From Limnohabitans sp. (GTDB lineage: Bacteria; Pseudomonadota; Gammaproteobacteria; Burkholderiales; Burkholderiaceae_C), in contig JALRIL010000049.1 in NCBI GenBank assembly GCA_023255445.1, positions 1 through 49,943 on the forward strand: a stretch of 49,943 nt of DNA, given 5' to 3'. Shown in pieces: positions 40,547 to 49,943 of the stretch. Under the pieces are notes generated by a model that worked only from the letters and a program-made list of their open reading frames with translations, was not told the DNA's origin and ran no database searches. Position numbers and translations under genes: made by a program. Numbering within the stretch: position 1 is the stretch's first letter; the number at the start of each line of letters is the position of its first letter.

Positions 40547-41374
40547 ATGACCTTCCTAGACATGCTGCGCGCCGCCGAGCGCCAAAACGGTTCCATGCTG
40601 TGCGTGGGCCTGGACCCCGAGCCCGCCAAGTTCCCGGCTGGCATGAAGGGCGATGCCAACAAGATTTACGACTTTTGTGCCGCCATCGTCGATGCCACGG
40701 CCGATCTGGTCAGCAGTTTCAAGCCTCAGATCGCCTACTTTGCCGCGCACCGCGCCGAGGGGCAGCTGGAGCGTTTGATGGAACACATGCGCCGCGTGGC
40801 GCCGCAGGTGCCGATCATTCTGGATGCCAAGCGCGGCGACATTGGCTCCACCGCCGAGCAGTACGCCAAAGAGGCGTTTGACCGCTATGGGGCAGATGCC
40901 GTGACGCTCTCGCCCTTCATGGGCTGGGATTCGGTGGCGCCGTACCTCAAGTACGAGGGCAAGGGTGCTTTCTTGCTGTGCCGCACCTCCAACCCCGGTG
41001 GTGACGATTTGCAAAACCAGCGCCTGGCTTCGGTCGATGGTCAGCCGCGTGTGTACGAGCATGTGGCCGCGTTGGCGCAGGGCCCCTGGAACCTGAATGG
41101 CCAGCTGGGTCTGGTGGTGGGCGCGACGTACCCCAACGAGATCGAGCGTGTGCGTGAACTGGCACCCACGGTCCCTTTGCTGAGTCCCGGCGTGGGTGCG
41201 CAAGGCGGCGATGCCGTGGCCACGGTCAAGGCCGGCTGGCGCGAGGGCGCAAGCATCATCGTCAATTCTTCGCGTGCGGTGCTGTACGCCAGCAGCGGTG
41301 AAGATTTTGCGGCAGCTGCACGCAAGGTGGCGCAGCAAACCCGCGACACGCTGGAAGCGGCCAAGGCGGCCTGA
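40547..41374 (+). CDS. pyrF: Orotidine-5'-phosphate decarboxylase
   Basis: [54 protein letters not shown]. Confidence 0.96.
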   Translation: MTFLDMLRAAERQNGSMLCVGLDPEPAKFPAGMKGDANKIYDFCAAIVDATADLVSSFKPQIAYFAAHRAEGQLERLMEHMRRVAPQVPIILDAKRGDIGSTAEQYAKEAFDRYGADAVTLSPFMGWDSVAPYLKYEGKGAFLLCRTSNPGGDDLQNQRLASVDGQPRVYEHVAALAQGPWNLNGQLGLVVGATYPNEIERVRELAPTVPLLSPGVGAQGGDAVATVKAGWREGASIIVNSSRAVLYASSGEDFAAAARKVAQQTRDTLEAAKAA

Positions 41375-41989
41375 TCAGCGCGAGCGCTCCCATAGCGCCA
41401 TGCCGCGCTGGGCCTTGCTGGTGTCGTTAGGCGTGAGGGCGATGGTTTCTGAAGCCGTTTGACGCAGCGCGGCGGCCAGTGTGCCGAGCGCCGCTTCTGG
41501 CCCGTCTAGCAACTCCAGTTCCACCTCCAGCAAAGCCTCGCTCAGCGGAGTGCCGGGGACGTGGATGCGGCCTTGGTCCAGCGCCACTTCAACGCGGGCA
41601 CCATCGTGTTCAAGAACCCAGCGCTGGCGTTCGAAGTCGGTGGCAAACAGCGGCTGCAGGGCGGGGCGCAAAGCCATCAGGTCTGCGGCCAGCGTGGCAT
41701 CGTCGACCAGCGCATCAAACTGCAAAGCGCCCGGCGTGGTTGGGCCTTCCCATTCCTGGCGGCGTGACAAACCGTTTTCGCTGTGGCCGGCGGTTTTGAC
41801 GGTCAGCAGCCATTGCTCGCCTGCGAGTCGCTCACGCACAGCCATGCGCCGGGCTTGGAGGTCGAGCGCAGGCGTGTCGAAGTAGGTGTTGAACAGGTGC
41901 TGCGCATCTGAAGGTTGCTGCAGCATGGGGTGGCTCAGCAGGTGCGGCAAATTTGCCGCGTCCAGGCTGAGCTTGAGTTCGGTTTCCAA
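41375..41989 (-). CDS. CYTH-domain (triphosphate tunnel) protein
   Basis: TTG start giving ETELKL (ExExK); NTYFDTP, RRQEWE, EVALDQG, EVELEL. Confidence 0.88.
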   Translation of the reverse strand: METELKLSLDAANLPHLLSHPMLQQPSDAQHLFNTYFDTPALDLQARRMAVRERLAGEQWLLTVKTAGHSENGLSRRQEWEGPTTPGALQFDALVDDATLAADLMALRPALQPLFATDFERQRWVLEHDGARVEVALDQGRIHVPGTPLSEALLEVELELLDGPEAALGTLAAALRQTASETIALTPNDTSKAQRGMALWERSR

Positions 41990-42003
41990 AACGATGGCGC
42001 GGC

Positions 42004-42561
42004 TTAGTGCTTGGGCAGCATGGACAGCAGCACACCGTCTTTGCGAACGAAGTGGTGCCAGATGGCTGCCACAGCGTGCAGGCCCGAGATCCACAAGATG
42101 GCGTCGCCCAGGAATTTGTGCACATCGCCCCAGTCGGCCATATTGGCCACCGCGGATTGGGCGTTGATGGGCAAGTCGGTGACACGAATGCCGCCCAGCA
42201 GCGTCAGGGGGTGGCCTTCGGTGCCCAAAGCAAACATGGCGCTCATGGGTGTGATGAACAGCAAGGCCCACAGCACCAGCTGTGTGAGTTTGGACAGGCC
42301 GTGCATCCAGCCGGGCATGTCAAATTGCGGGGCCTTGGGGCGCACGGCGGTCCACAGCAGGCGCAGCAAAGTCAGCAAGGCCACGGCAATGCCCAGGCTC
42401 TCGTGCCAAACGATGTCCCAGCGCGTGGCAGGTTCCAGGCCGTTGCGCATTTCGCGCCCGAAATGTTCGGGGCCAAGGAGGAAAGCCGCGATCACGGCCA
42501 GCGCCGTCAACCAGTGAAAGGCGCGGCTGAGGGGGTCATAGTGGGTGCGTGCGGTGCTCAT
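42004..42561 (-). CDS. Cytochrome b561-family protein
   Basis: RAFHWLTA, WHESLG, LLRLLW, VHK, LHAVAAIWHHF...MLP. Confidence 0.88.
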   Translation of the reverse strand: MSTARTHYDPLSRAFHWLTALAVIAAFLLGPEHFGREMRNGLEPATRWDIVWHESLGIAVALLTLLRLLWTAVRPKAPQFDMPGWMHGLSKLTQLVLWALLFITPMSAMFALGTEGHPLTLLGGIRVTDLPINAQSAVANMADWGDVHKFLGDAILWISGLHAVAAIWHHFVRKDGVLLSMLPKH

Positions 42562-42585
42562 GGGTCAAAACTCCCGTTGAAATGG

Positions 42586-45582
42586 TTATGGTTTTGATTG
42601 TGACGGCCCAGTATGAAGCTCAGATGAAGTTTTGCTGATGTGCAGCAAGCGCTTGAGGTAAAGCCCGGTATGGCTGTCCGGCTGCGCCGCCACGTGTTCG
42701 GGCGTACCCTCGGCCACCACGGTGCCGCCGCCCGCACCGCCTTCGGGGCCCATGTCGATCAGCCAGTCGGCGGTTTTGATGACGTCGAGGTTGTGTTCGA
42801 TGACGACGATGGTGTTGCCCGCGTCGCGCAGCTGGTGCAGCACTTTCAGCAGCAGGTCGATGTCGGCGAAGTGCAGGCCGGTGGTGGGTTCGTCCAGGAT
42901 GTAGAGCGTGCGGCCGGTGTCGCGCTTGGAGAGTTCCTGCGCGAGCTTGACGCGCTGCGCCTCGCCGCCCGAGAGGGTGGTGGCGCTCTGGCCCAGGCGG
43001 ATGTAGCTCAAGCCCACGTCCAGCAGGGTCTGCAGCTTGCGGGCAATGCTGGGCACGGCGCTGAAGAAGGCGTAGGCCGCCTCCACCGTCATGTCCAGGA
43101 TCTGCGCGATGTTCTGGCCCTTGTACTGGATCTCCAGCGTCTCGCGGTTGTAGCGCATGCCATGGCACACGTCGCAGGGCACGTAGACATCGGGCAAAAA
43201 GTGCATCTCGACCTTGACCATGCCGTCGCCCTGGCAGGCTTCGCAGCGGCCTCCGCCTGAAGACGCGCTCACGTTGAAGCTGAAACGACCCGGGCCGTAG
43301 CCGCGCTCGCGCGCCGCGGGCACTTCGGCCATGAGTTCGCGGATGTGGGTGAACAGCCCGGTGTAGGTGGCCGGGTTGCTGCGCGGGGTGCGGCCAATCG
43401 GGGACTGGTCGACGTTGATGACCTTGTCAAAGTGCTGCAGGCCTTTGATTTCTTCGTGCGGCGCGGGTTCGTCGTGCGCGCGGTGGATCTGCTGAGCAGC
43501 AGCGGTGTATAGCGTGTCGTTGACCAGCGTGGATTTGCCCGAACCGGACACGCCGGTCACGCAGGTCAGCAGGCCGACCGGGAATTTTGCATTCACGTTT
43601 TTCAGGCTGTGCCCGCGGGCGCCCACCACTTCCAGCCAGTCTTTGCCGGGCTTGTGACGCTTGGGAATAGCGATTTGTTTGCGGCCCGACATGTACTGGC
43701 CGGTGATGGACTCAGGCGCGGCCAGGATGTCGGCGCAGGTGCCTTGCGCCATCACGCGCCCACCGTGCACGCCCGCACCCGGCCCCATGTCGATGACATG
43801 GTCGGCGGTGCGGATCATGTCTTCGTCGTGCTCAACCACCAGCACGCTGTTGCCAATGTCACGCAGGTGGTTAAGTGTGCCGATCAGGCGGTCGTTATCG
43901 CGCTGGTGCAGGCCGATGCGGGGCTCGTCGAGCACGTACATCACGCCTGTCAGGCCCGAACCGATCTGGCTGGCCAGGCGGATGCGCTGGGCCTCGCCGC
44001 CAGATAGGGTGTCGGCGCTGCGGTCCAGGCTCAGGTAGTTCAGGCCCACGTCGTTGAGGAACTTCAGGCGCGAAGCGATCTCGCGCACCACCTTGTCTGC
44101 GATGTCGGCCTTGGCGCCCGAGAGTTTCAGACTCTGGAAATAACTCTGTGCCTCGCCCAGGGTGACGTGGCTGATTTCGAAAATCGCGCGTGCCTGTGCG
44201 CCTTCACCGATGCGCACATGGCGGGCGTCGCGCTTGAGGCGGGTGCCGTGGCAGTCGGTGCAGGGCTGGGTGCTGCGGTAACGCGAGAGGTCTTCGCGCA
44301 CCAGTTGCGAATCGGTCTCGCGGTAGCGCCGCGTCATGTTGGGGATGATCCCTTCAAACGGGTGCTTCTTGCTGACTTTTTTGCCCTGCGAAGCCCCCGA
44401 CTCCATGATGTAGCTGAACTTGATGTCCTCTTCGCCGGAGCCGTGCAGGATGACCTGCTGTACCTCGGGCGCGAGGTTTTCAAACGGGGCTTCGACATCG
44501 AACTTGTAGTGCTTGGCCAGGCTCTCGAGCATGCTGAAGTAAAACCCGTTGCGCCGGTCCCAGCCCTTGATCGCGCCGCTGGCCAGACTCAGACTCGGAA
44601 AGGCCACCACCCGTTCTGGGTCGAAGAATTCCATGGTGCCGATGCCGTCGCAGCTGGGGCAGGCGCCCTGTGGCGAGTTGAACGAGAACACGCGAGGCTC
44701 CAGCTCGGCGATCGAGTGGTTGCACACCGGGCAGGCAAAGCGGGCGTTGAACAGGTGCTCGGTGCCGCTGTCCATTTCGACGGCCAAAGCCCGCTGGTCG
44801 GCCAGGTTCAGAGCGGCCTCAAAGCTTTCGGCCAGCCGCTGGCGCAGGGCGTCGCGCGCCTTGGCATCGTCTTCGGAGCGGACTTTGAGCCGGTCGATCA
44901 CCACGTCGATGTCGTGCTTCTCGTTCTTTTTGAGTTCAGGCAGGTCGTCGGCCTCGAACACCTGGCCCCCAATGCGAAAGCGCACATAGCCCAGGGCCTG
45001 CATCTGCTCGAACACCTTTTCGAACTCACCTTTTTTCTCGCGGGCGATCGGGGCCAGAACCATGAGTTTGGTGTCCTGGGGCAGCGCCAGCACTGCGTCC
45101 ACCATCTGGCTCACGGTCTGCGCCTGCAGGGGAAGGTTGTGGTCGGGGCAATGCGGCGTGCCGGCGCGGGCGAACAGCAGGCGCAGGTAGTCGTGGATCT
45201 CGGTCACGGTGCCCACGGTGGAGCGCGGGTTGTGGCTGGTGGCCTTTTGTTCGATGGAAATCGCGGGCGACAGGCCCTCGATCAGGTCCACATCGGGCTT
45301 GTCCATCAGCTGCAAAAACTGCCGGGCATAGGTCGACAGGCTTTCCACATAGCGGCGTTGCCCCTCGGCGTAAAGCGTGTCAAAAGCCAAGCTGGACTTG
45401 CCCGAGCCCGACAGGCCGGTGATCACCACCAGCTGGTTACGCGGGATGTCGAGGTCGATGTTCTTGAGGTTATGGGTGCGGGCGCCTCGCACACAGATGT
45501 GGGTCTGCCGGACTGCCACAGGCAGGTAGCGTCCCTCGTCGGGGGTGTCGAGCAGTGCGGGATCGGGAAGAGGCGTGTTCAA
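42586..45582 (-). CDS. uvrA: Excinuclease ABC subunit A
   Basis: [23 protein letters not shown], two ABC modules (LSGGEAQR) and zinc fingers. Start (TTG 45582) uncertain. Confidence 0.97.
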   Translation of the reverse strand: MNTPLPDPALLDTPDEGRYLPVAVRQTHICVRGARTHNLKNIDLDIPRNQLVVITGLSGSGKSSLAFDTLYAEGQRRYVESLSTYARQFLQLMDKPDVDLIEGLSPAISIEQKATSHNPRSTVGTVTEIHDYLRLLFARAGTPHCPDHNLPLQAQTVSQMVDAVLALPQDTKLMVLAPIAREKKGEFEKVFEQMQALGYVRFRIGGQVFEADDLPELKKNEKHDIDVVIDRLKVRSEDDAKARDALRQRLAESFEAALNLADQRALAVEMDSGTEHLFNARFACPVCNHSIAELEPRVFSFNSPQGACPSCDGIGTMEFFDPERVVAFPSLSLASGAIKGWDRRNGFYFSMLESLAKHYKFDVEAPFENLAPEVQQVILHGSGEEDIKFSYIMESGASQGKKVSKKHPFEGIIPNMTRRYRETDSQLVREDLSRYRSTQPCTDCHGTRLKRDARHVRIGEGAQARAIFEISHVTLGEAQSYFQSLKLSGAKADIADKVVREIASRLKFLNDVGLNYLSLDRSADTLSGGEAQRIRLASQIGSGLTGVMYVLDEPRIGLHQRDNDRLIGTLNHLRDIGNSVLVVEHDEDMIRTADHVIDMGPGAGVHGGRVMAQGTCADILAAPESITGQYMSGRKQIAIPKRHKPGKDWLEVVGARGHSLKNVNAKFPVGLLTCVTGVSGSGKSTLVNDTLYTAAAQQIHRAHDEPAPHEEIKGLQHFDKVINVDQSPIGRTPRSNPATYTGLFTHIRELMAEVPAARERGYGPGRFSFNVSASSGGGRCEACQGDGMVKVEMHFLPDVYVPCDVCHGMRYNRETLEIQYKGQNIAQILDMTVEAAYAFFSAVPSIARKLQTLLDVGLSYIRLGQSATTLSGGEAQRVKLAQELSKRDTGRTLYILDEPTTGLHFADIDLLLKVLHQLRDAGNTIVVIEHNLDVIKTADWLIDMGPEGGAGGGTVVAEGTPEHVAAQPDSHTGLYLKRLLHISKTSSELHTGPSQSKP

Positions 45583-45727
45583 TGTGGAGGCCGGCTGACA
45601 AAACCCTTCATTATCAGGGGTGGGGGCGCTTTTGGACAGCCAGGTCACGGATCGGGGACAATCGACCACTTGAGTTTTTGACGAGCTGTCACAGGGGAAA
45701 CCGTTGGCCCGATCTGCTTCAACTGCC

Positions 45728-46915
45728 ATGACCTCCACCGAGCGTCGCGCCAGCGCATCGCTGGCCTCGATTTTTGCCTTGCGCATGCTGGGCTTGTTTC
45801 TGGTGCTGCCCGTGTTCGCGCTGGAGGCGCGCAAGTATCCCGGCGGGGACGATCCAGCTTTGCTGGGTCTGGCCATGGGTATTTACGGCCTGACCCAGGC
45901 GCTGTTGCAGCTGCCTTTGGGCATGGCTTCGGACCGCTTCGGTCGCAAGCGCATCATTGTGCTGGGCTTGCTGGTGTTTGCAGCAGGCAGTTTTCTGGCG
46001 GCCTCGGCCACAACGCTGCATGCACTGGTGTGGGGCCGTAGCCTGCAGGGGGCCGGCGCGATTTCTGCCGCGGTCAGCGCCCTGCTGGCCGACCTGACCC
46101 GTGACGAAGTGCGTACCAAAGCCATGGCGTTGGTTGGAGCCAGCATTGGCTTGATGTTTGCGGTCTCCCTGGTGGCTGCGCCTGCCCTCAATGCCTGGAT
46201 CGGCCTGCATGGCTTGTTTGCCTTGACGGGCGCCTTGGCCCTGGTGGGTGTGCTGGTGGTCTGGCGTGCGGTGCCTGCAGAGCCCGTTAAACAGGTGCAT
46301 CAGGAGCGTTTGGGTCTGCGCGAAGTGTTCAAACACCCTGGCTTGCGCCGTCTGAACTTTGGCGTGTTTGTGCTGCACGCGGTGCAGCTGTCCATGTGGA
46401 TGGCGGTGCCGGCCTTGCTGGTGCAGGCCGGCTTGCCCAAGGAAGTGCACTGGAAGGTGTACCTGCCCGCAGTGGGCCTTTCGTTCATCTTGATGGGTGG
46501 CCTGTTTGCCCTGGAGCGCCGTGGCCATATGAAACCTGTGTTGCGCGCAGCTATTGCCCTGATGGCCATCGTGCAGCTGGGCCTGGCCATGCAGACCCAA
46601 GCGGCGCCTTCGTTGTGGTCCATGGGCGCGCTGCTGTTTGTGTTTTTTGTGGGATTCAACATCATGGAAGCCACCCAGCCCAGCCTGGTGACCCGCCTGG
46701 CGGCCAGCCAGGTGCGGGGGGCCGCCATGGGGGTTTACAACACGTTGCAATCCCTGGGATTTTTTGTCGGCGGCGGTCTGGGAGGCTTGCTCGTCAAATC
46801 GGGGGGGCCTCAGGTGCTGTTTTTGAGCACTGCGGTGGTCTTGGCGGTCTGGCTGGCCGTCGTCTGGGGTCTGGAGTTGCCGCAGCAGCCGCAAAGCCTC
46901 GCAAAACCCGCATAA
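45728..46915 (+). CDS. MFS transporter (YajR-like), between uvrA and ssb
   Basis: [38 protein letters not shown]. Confidence 0.88.
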   Translation: MTSTERRASASLASIFALRMLGLFLVLPVFALEARKYPGGDDPALLGLAMGIYGLTQALLQLPLGMASDRFGRKRIIVLGLLVFAAGSFLAASATTLHALVWGRSLQGAGAISAAVSALLADLTRDEVRTKAMALVGASIGLMFAVSLVAAPALNAWIGLHGLFALTGALALVGVLVVWRAVPAEPVKQVHQERLGLREVFKHPGLRRLNFGVFVLHAVQLSMWMAVPALLVQAGLPKEVHWKVYLPAVGLSFILMGGLFALERRGHMKPVLRAAIALMAIVQLGLAMQTQAAPSLWSMGALLFVFFVGFNIMEATQPSLVTRLAASQVRGAAMGVYNTLQSLGFFVGGGLGGLLVKSGGPQVLFLSTAVVLAVWLAVVWGLELPQQPQSLAKPA

Positions 46916-46940
46916 TTGGGGGCTTCATCGAGGAGTTTTC

Positions 46941-47435
46941 ATGGCATCGGTCAACAAAGTCATCATCGTCGGTAACCTGGGGCGCGACCCCGAAACCCGT
47001 TATATGCCTTCGGGCGATGCCGTCACCAACATCAATGTGGCCACCACGGACCGCTATAAAGACAAGCAAAGCGGCGAAATGCGCGAAGCCACCGAGTGGC
47101 ACCGCATCAGCTTTTTCGGCAAATTGGCCGAAATTGCCGGCCAATACCTGAAAAAGGGCAGCCAGGTCTATGTCGAAGGCAGCTTGCGCACACGCAAGTA
47201 CACCGACAAGGACGGCATCGAAAAATACGCTACCGAAATCCGCGCCGAGACCATGCAAATGCTGGGTGGTCGCCAGGGCATGGGTGGACCGTCTGACGGC
47301 GGCGATGGCTACGAGGCCCCGCGCAGCGCCCCCGCTGCCCGCCCGGCTGCACCGGCAGCTCGTCCAGCGCCCACTGCTGCAGTGCGTCCAGCGGCTGGCG
47401 GCTTTGACGACATGGATGACGACATTCCCTTCTGA
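46941..47435 (+). CDS. ssb: Single-stranded DNA-binding protein
   Basis: [18 protein letters not shown]...TEWHR...C-terminal DDDIPF. Confidence 0.98.
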   Translation: MASVNKVIIVGNLGRDPETRYMPSGDAVTNINVATTDRYKDKQSGEMREATEWHRISFFGKLAEIAGQYLKKGSQVYVEGSLRTRKYTDKDGIEKYATEIRAETMQMLGGRQGMGGPSDGGDGYEAPRSAPAARPAAPAARPAPTAAVRPAAGGFDDMDDDIPF

Positions 47436-47457
47436 CGCCTTCAGGATGGCACACCCG

Positions 47458-47489
47458 CCCGTCTCAGTGGCTGCTGGACGGGTTTTTTT
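47458..47489 (+). terminator. Intrinsic terminator after ssb
   Basis: CCCGTC...GACGGG stem followed by a T run. Confidence 0.6.
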
Positions 47490-47497
47490 ATATGGAT

Positions 47498-47527
47498 TTG
47501 CATACCCTAGGGGGTATAAGATAGAAT
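47498..47527 (+). promoter_or_regulatory. Promoter with CsoR/RcnR/CstR-type operator
   Basis: TTGCAT-N18-TAGAAT overlapping ATACCC-TAGG-GGGTAT (47502-47517). Confidence 0.65.
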
Positions 47528-47547
47528 TCCGCCCAAGGAGAAATTCC

Positions 47548-48609
47548 ATGCGTGCAATGAAAATGAAATCCCTGTACCTGTCTGCCGTGTTGGCCATGTC
47601 TGCATTGAGCGCGTTGCCTGTGTGGGCGGGCCCGCAGGTGCCGGTCAAGGTCATGGCTGCGCAGGCGGTCAACGCCGGTTACGAGATCGAAGGTGTGGTC
47701 GAGCCGGTCAAGCACAGCACGGTGTCGGCGCAGGCCAGCGGGCGCGTGCTGCAATTGCTGGTGAAGGTCGGCGAGCGTGTGCGCGCCGGTCAGGTGCTGG
47801 CCACCATTGATGACCGAGATACGCAAACCTTGGTGCAGCGTTCTGGCGCACAACTGGCACAGGCTGATGCCGAGCTGGCCAATGCGCAGGCCAACTTCAA
47901 GCGCACACAGGAGCTGCAGGCCAAGGGTTTTGTGAGCCAGGCAGCGTTGGAAATGGCACAGACCCAATTCAAAGCGGCACAAGCCGGTCGCGCCGGCGCT
48001 GGCGCAGGGGCACAGCAGGCGCAATTGGCACAGTCGTATACCAAGGTCACCGCACCCTTTGAGGGCTATGTGTTCGAAACACATGCCCAGGCGGGCGACC
48101 TGGCTGTGCCGGGCGCACCCATGGTGACGGTGTATGCGCCGCAACCGCTGCGTGTGGTGGTGCAAGTGCCCGCTTCCCAAGCCCAAGGCGCAACGTCTGC
48201 ACAGCAAGTACTGCTGCGGGTCCCGGATGGCCAGTCTGGCCAATGGGTCAAGCCTGCTGTGCATCACGCCGTGGGTGCTGCTGACCCTGTCAGTCAGACC
48301 ATGACCTGGAAGCTGGATGTGCCTGCCGACGCTGCAGCACACATGATCCCGGGGCAGTCCTTGCGTGTGCGCTTTGTGTCGGGTGCTACCCAGCGCATGG
48401 TGGTGCCCGCAGCCGCCGTACTCAGGCGCGGAGAAGTGACCGGTGTCTACGTTGCGACCGCTGACGGCTTTGCGCTCAAGGCCGTGCGCCTGGGCGCTGA
48501 CCACGGCAAGGACGGTGTGGAAGTGCTGGCCGGGCTGAAACCAGGAGACGCCGTGGCTGTAGATGCGGTCAAGGCCGGCCTGGCTGGTGCGCAAGCGACC
48601 AAAAACTGA
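47548..48609 (+). CDS. RND efflux periplasmic adaptor (membrane fusion protein)
   Basis: Signal peptide, SGRV...VKVGERVRAGQVLATID, VTAPFEG, VPAAAV; AAGGAG RBS. Confidence 0.9.
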   Translation: MRAMKMKSLYLSAVLAMSALSALPVWAGPQVPVKVMAAQAVNAGYEIEGVVEPVKHSTVSAQASGRVLQLLVKVGERVRAGQVLATIDDRDTQTLVQRSGAQLAQADAELANAQANFKRTQELQAKGFVSQAALEMAQTQFKAAQAGRAGAGAGAQQAQLAQSYTKVTAPFEGYVFETHAQAGDLAVPGAPMVTVYAPQPLRVVVQVPASQAQGATSAQQVLLRVPDGQSGQWVKPAVHHAVGAADPVSQTMTWKLDVPADAAAHMIPGQSLRVRFVSGATQRMVVPAAAVLRRGEVTGVYVATADGFALKAVRLGADHGKDGVEVLAGLKPGDAVAVDAVKAGLAGAQATKN

Positions 48610-48617
48610 GGTCTGCC

Positions 48618-49943
48618 ATGCAACAGGAACACGACAACAAATTGGGCGTCTCCGGACGCCTGGCTGCAGCCTTCCAATCCAACGCGATCACGCCTTTGCT
48701 GGCGCTGGTGGCCTTGCTGCTGGGTTTGTTCGCCGTCTTGGTGACGCCGCGAGAAGAGGAGCCGCAGATCAACGTGACCATGGCCAATGTGCTGATTCCC
48801 TTTCCTGGAGCCAGCAGCGAAAGCGTTCAACGCATGGTGGCTCGCCCGGCCGAGCAGGTGCTCAGCCAGATCCAGGGCATCGAGCACACCTATTCGGTAG
48901 CTCGCCCCGGCGTGGCTGTGCTGACGGTGCAGTTCAAGGTGGGCGTCCCTCGCACCGAGGCGCTGGTGCGTTTGTACGATGTGCTCAACGCCAATCAGGA
49001 CTGGTTGCCGCGTGATCTGGGTACCCTGACACCCATCGTCAAACCCAAAGGCATTGACGATGTGCCCGTATTGGCAGTGACGTTGTGGAACGAAAACGAA
49101 GCGTCTGCCAGCGATCTGGAGCGTGTGGCGCGCACGCTGGAAATGGAGCTCAAACACGTCAAGGGCGCACGCGAGGTGCAGACCATTGGCGGCCCAGGCC
49201 GTGCGGTGCAGGTGTGGATCGACCCCACGCGTTTGCGCGAGCGCGGTGTGGATTTGCTCAGTTTGAAAAACACGATCGCCGCGGCCAACTTTGGCATGCC
49301 CTCGGGCTCGGTCATTCAACCGGACAACGGACAGATGCTGACCGTGGAGGCGGGTGAGTTCTTGAAGTCGGCTGAAGATGTGGGCGACCTCGTGGTGGGT
49401 GTGAGCAACGGTCGACCGGTGTTCCTGCGTGAAGTGGCGCGCATAGAAGCCGGTCCCCAGCTGCCCCAGCGTTACGTCTGGTTCACGCCTGGTGCGGCTT
49501 CGCAGCTGCACCCAGACGCTCAACCCTACTCGATCAACCAAGCGGTGAACAACACGGGCAAGGTGTACCCGGCGGTGACCCTGACCGTGACCAAAAAGCC
49601 CGGTGAAAACGCCGTGGATGTGGCCGCTGCGGCACGCGCCAAGCTGGAGGTGTTGCACAACACCGTCATCCCCTCGGGCGTGAATGTGACCGTGACCCGA
49701 GACTATGGGCAGACGGCAGCCGAAAAAGCCAACAAGTTGATCCAGAAACTGGCTTTTGCCACCAGCTCGGTGATTTTGTTGGTGGGGCTGGCGCTGGGCC
49801 GGCGCGAAGCGGTGATCGTGGGTGGAGCGGTGATTCTGACCCTCACGGCCACGCTCTTTGCCAGCTGGGCCTGGGGCTTCACGCTCAACCGGGTGAGTCT
49901 GTTTGCGCTGATTTTTTCGATCGGCATTTTGGTCGACGATGCA
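48618..49943 (+). CDS. RND efflux permease (AcrB-family), 3' truncated; absent from the ORF track
   Basis: MQQEHDNKLGVSGRLAAAFQ...TPREEEPQINVTMANVLIPFPGAS...; window ends in IFSIGILVDDA (RND TM4 motif). Confidence 0.9.
   Translation, partial: MQQEHDNKLGVSGRLAAAFQSNAITPLLALVALLLGLFAVLVTPREEEPQINVTMANVLIPFPGASSESVQRMVARPAEQVLSQIQGIEHTYSVARPGVAVLTVQFKVGVPRTEALVRLYDVLNANQDWLPRDLGTLTPIVKPKGIDDVPVLAVTLWNENEASASDLERVARTLEMELKHVKGAREVQTIGGPGRAVQVWIDPTRLRERGVDLLSLKNTIAAANFGMPSGSVIQPDNGQMLTVEAGEFLKSAEDVGDLVVGVSNGRPVFLREVARIEAGPQLPQRYVWFTPGAASQLHPDAQPYSINQAVNNTGKVYPAVTLTVTKKPGENAVDVAAAARAKLEVLHNTVIPSGVNVTVTRDYGQTAAEKANKLIQKLAFATSSVILLVGLALGRREAVIVGGAVILTLTATLFASWAWGFTLNRVSLFALIFSIGILVDDA

Noticed and set aside
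45583-45727. LexA SOS box upstream of uvrA
   Set aside because: CTGTCACAG is present but lacks the CTGT-N8-ACAG spacing.

Overview
High-GC betaproteobacterial chromosome segment; gene content and protein style suggest Comamonadaceae (inference). In order: glycine-betaine/proline-type ABC transporter, LysR, purU, class III aminotransferase, IclR/FAH-family pair, TraR/DksA-like gene, a formate module (FdsR-like regulator, OFA-family MFS, two-subunit NAD-linked formate dehydrogenase, fdhD, modABC), a LysR/TAXI-TRAP/sulfatase/SulP module, a DUF2946 (RAPP-motif) leader gene before a PCuAC copper chaperone, phaM, tgt, an EamA transporter, a 5.4-kb defence island, pyrF, CYTH, cytochrome b561, uvrA, MFS, ssb and a truncated RND efflux operon. 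The island holds a MazEF/PemIK-type toxin-antitoxin pair whose toxin stop lies 11 bp from a one-spacer CRISPR array in crRNA orientation, then cas2, cas1, a compact 1019-aa type II-C cas9 and a tracrRNA. The best leads are possible transcriptional coupling of the TA operon to crRNA production and a ribosome-stalling copper switch with a visible anti-SD. All calls come from reading the sequence; no database searches were run.
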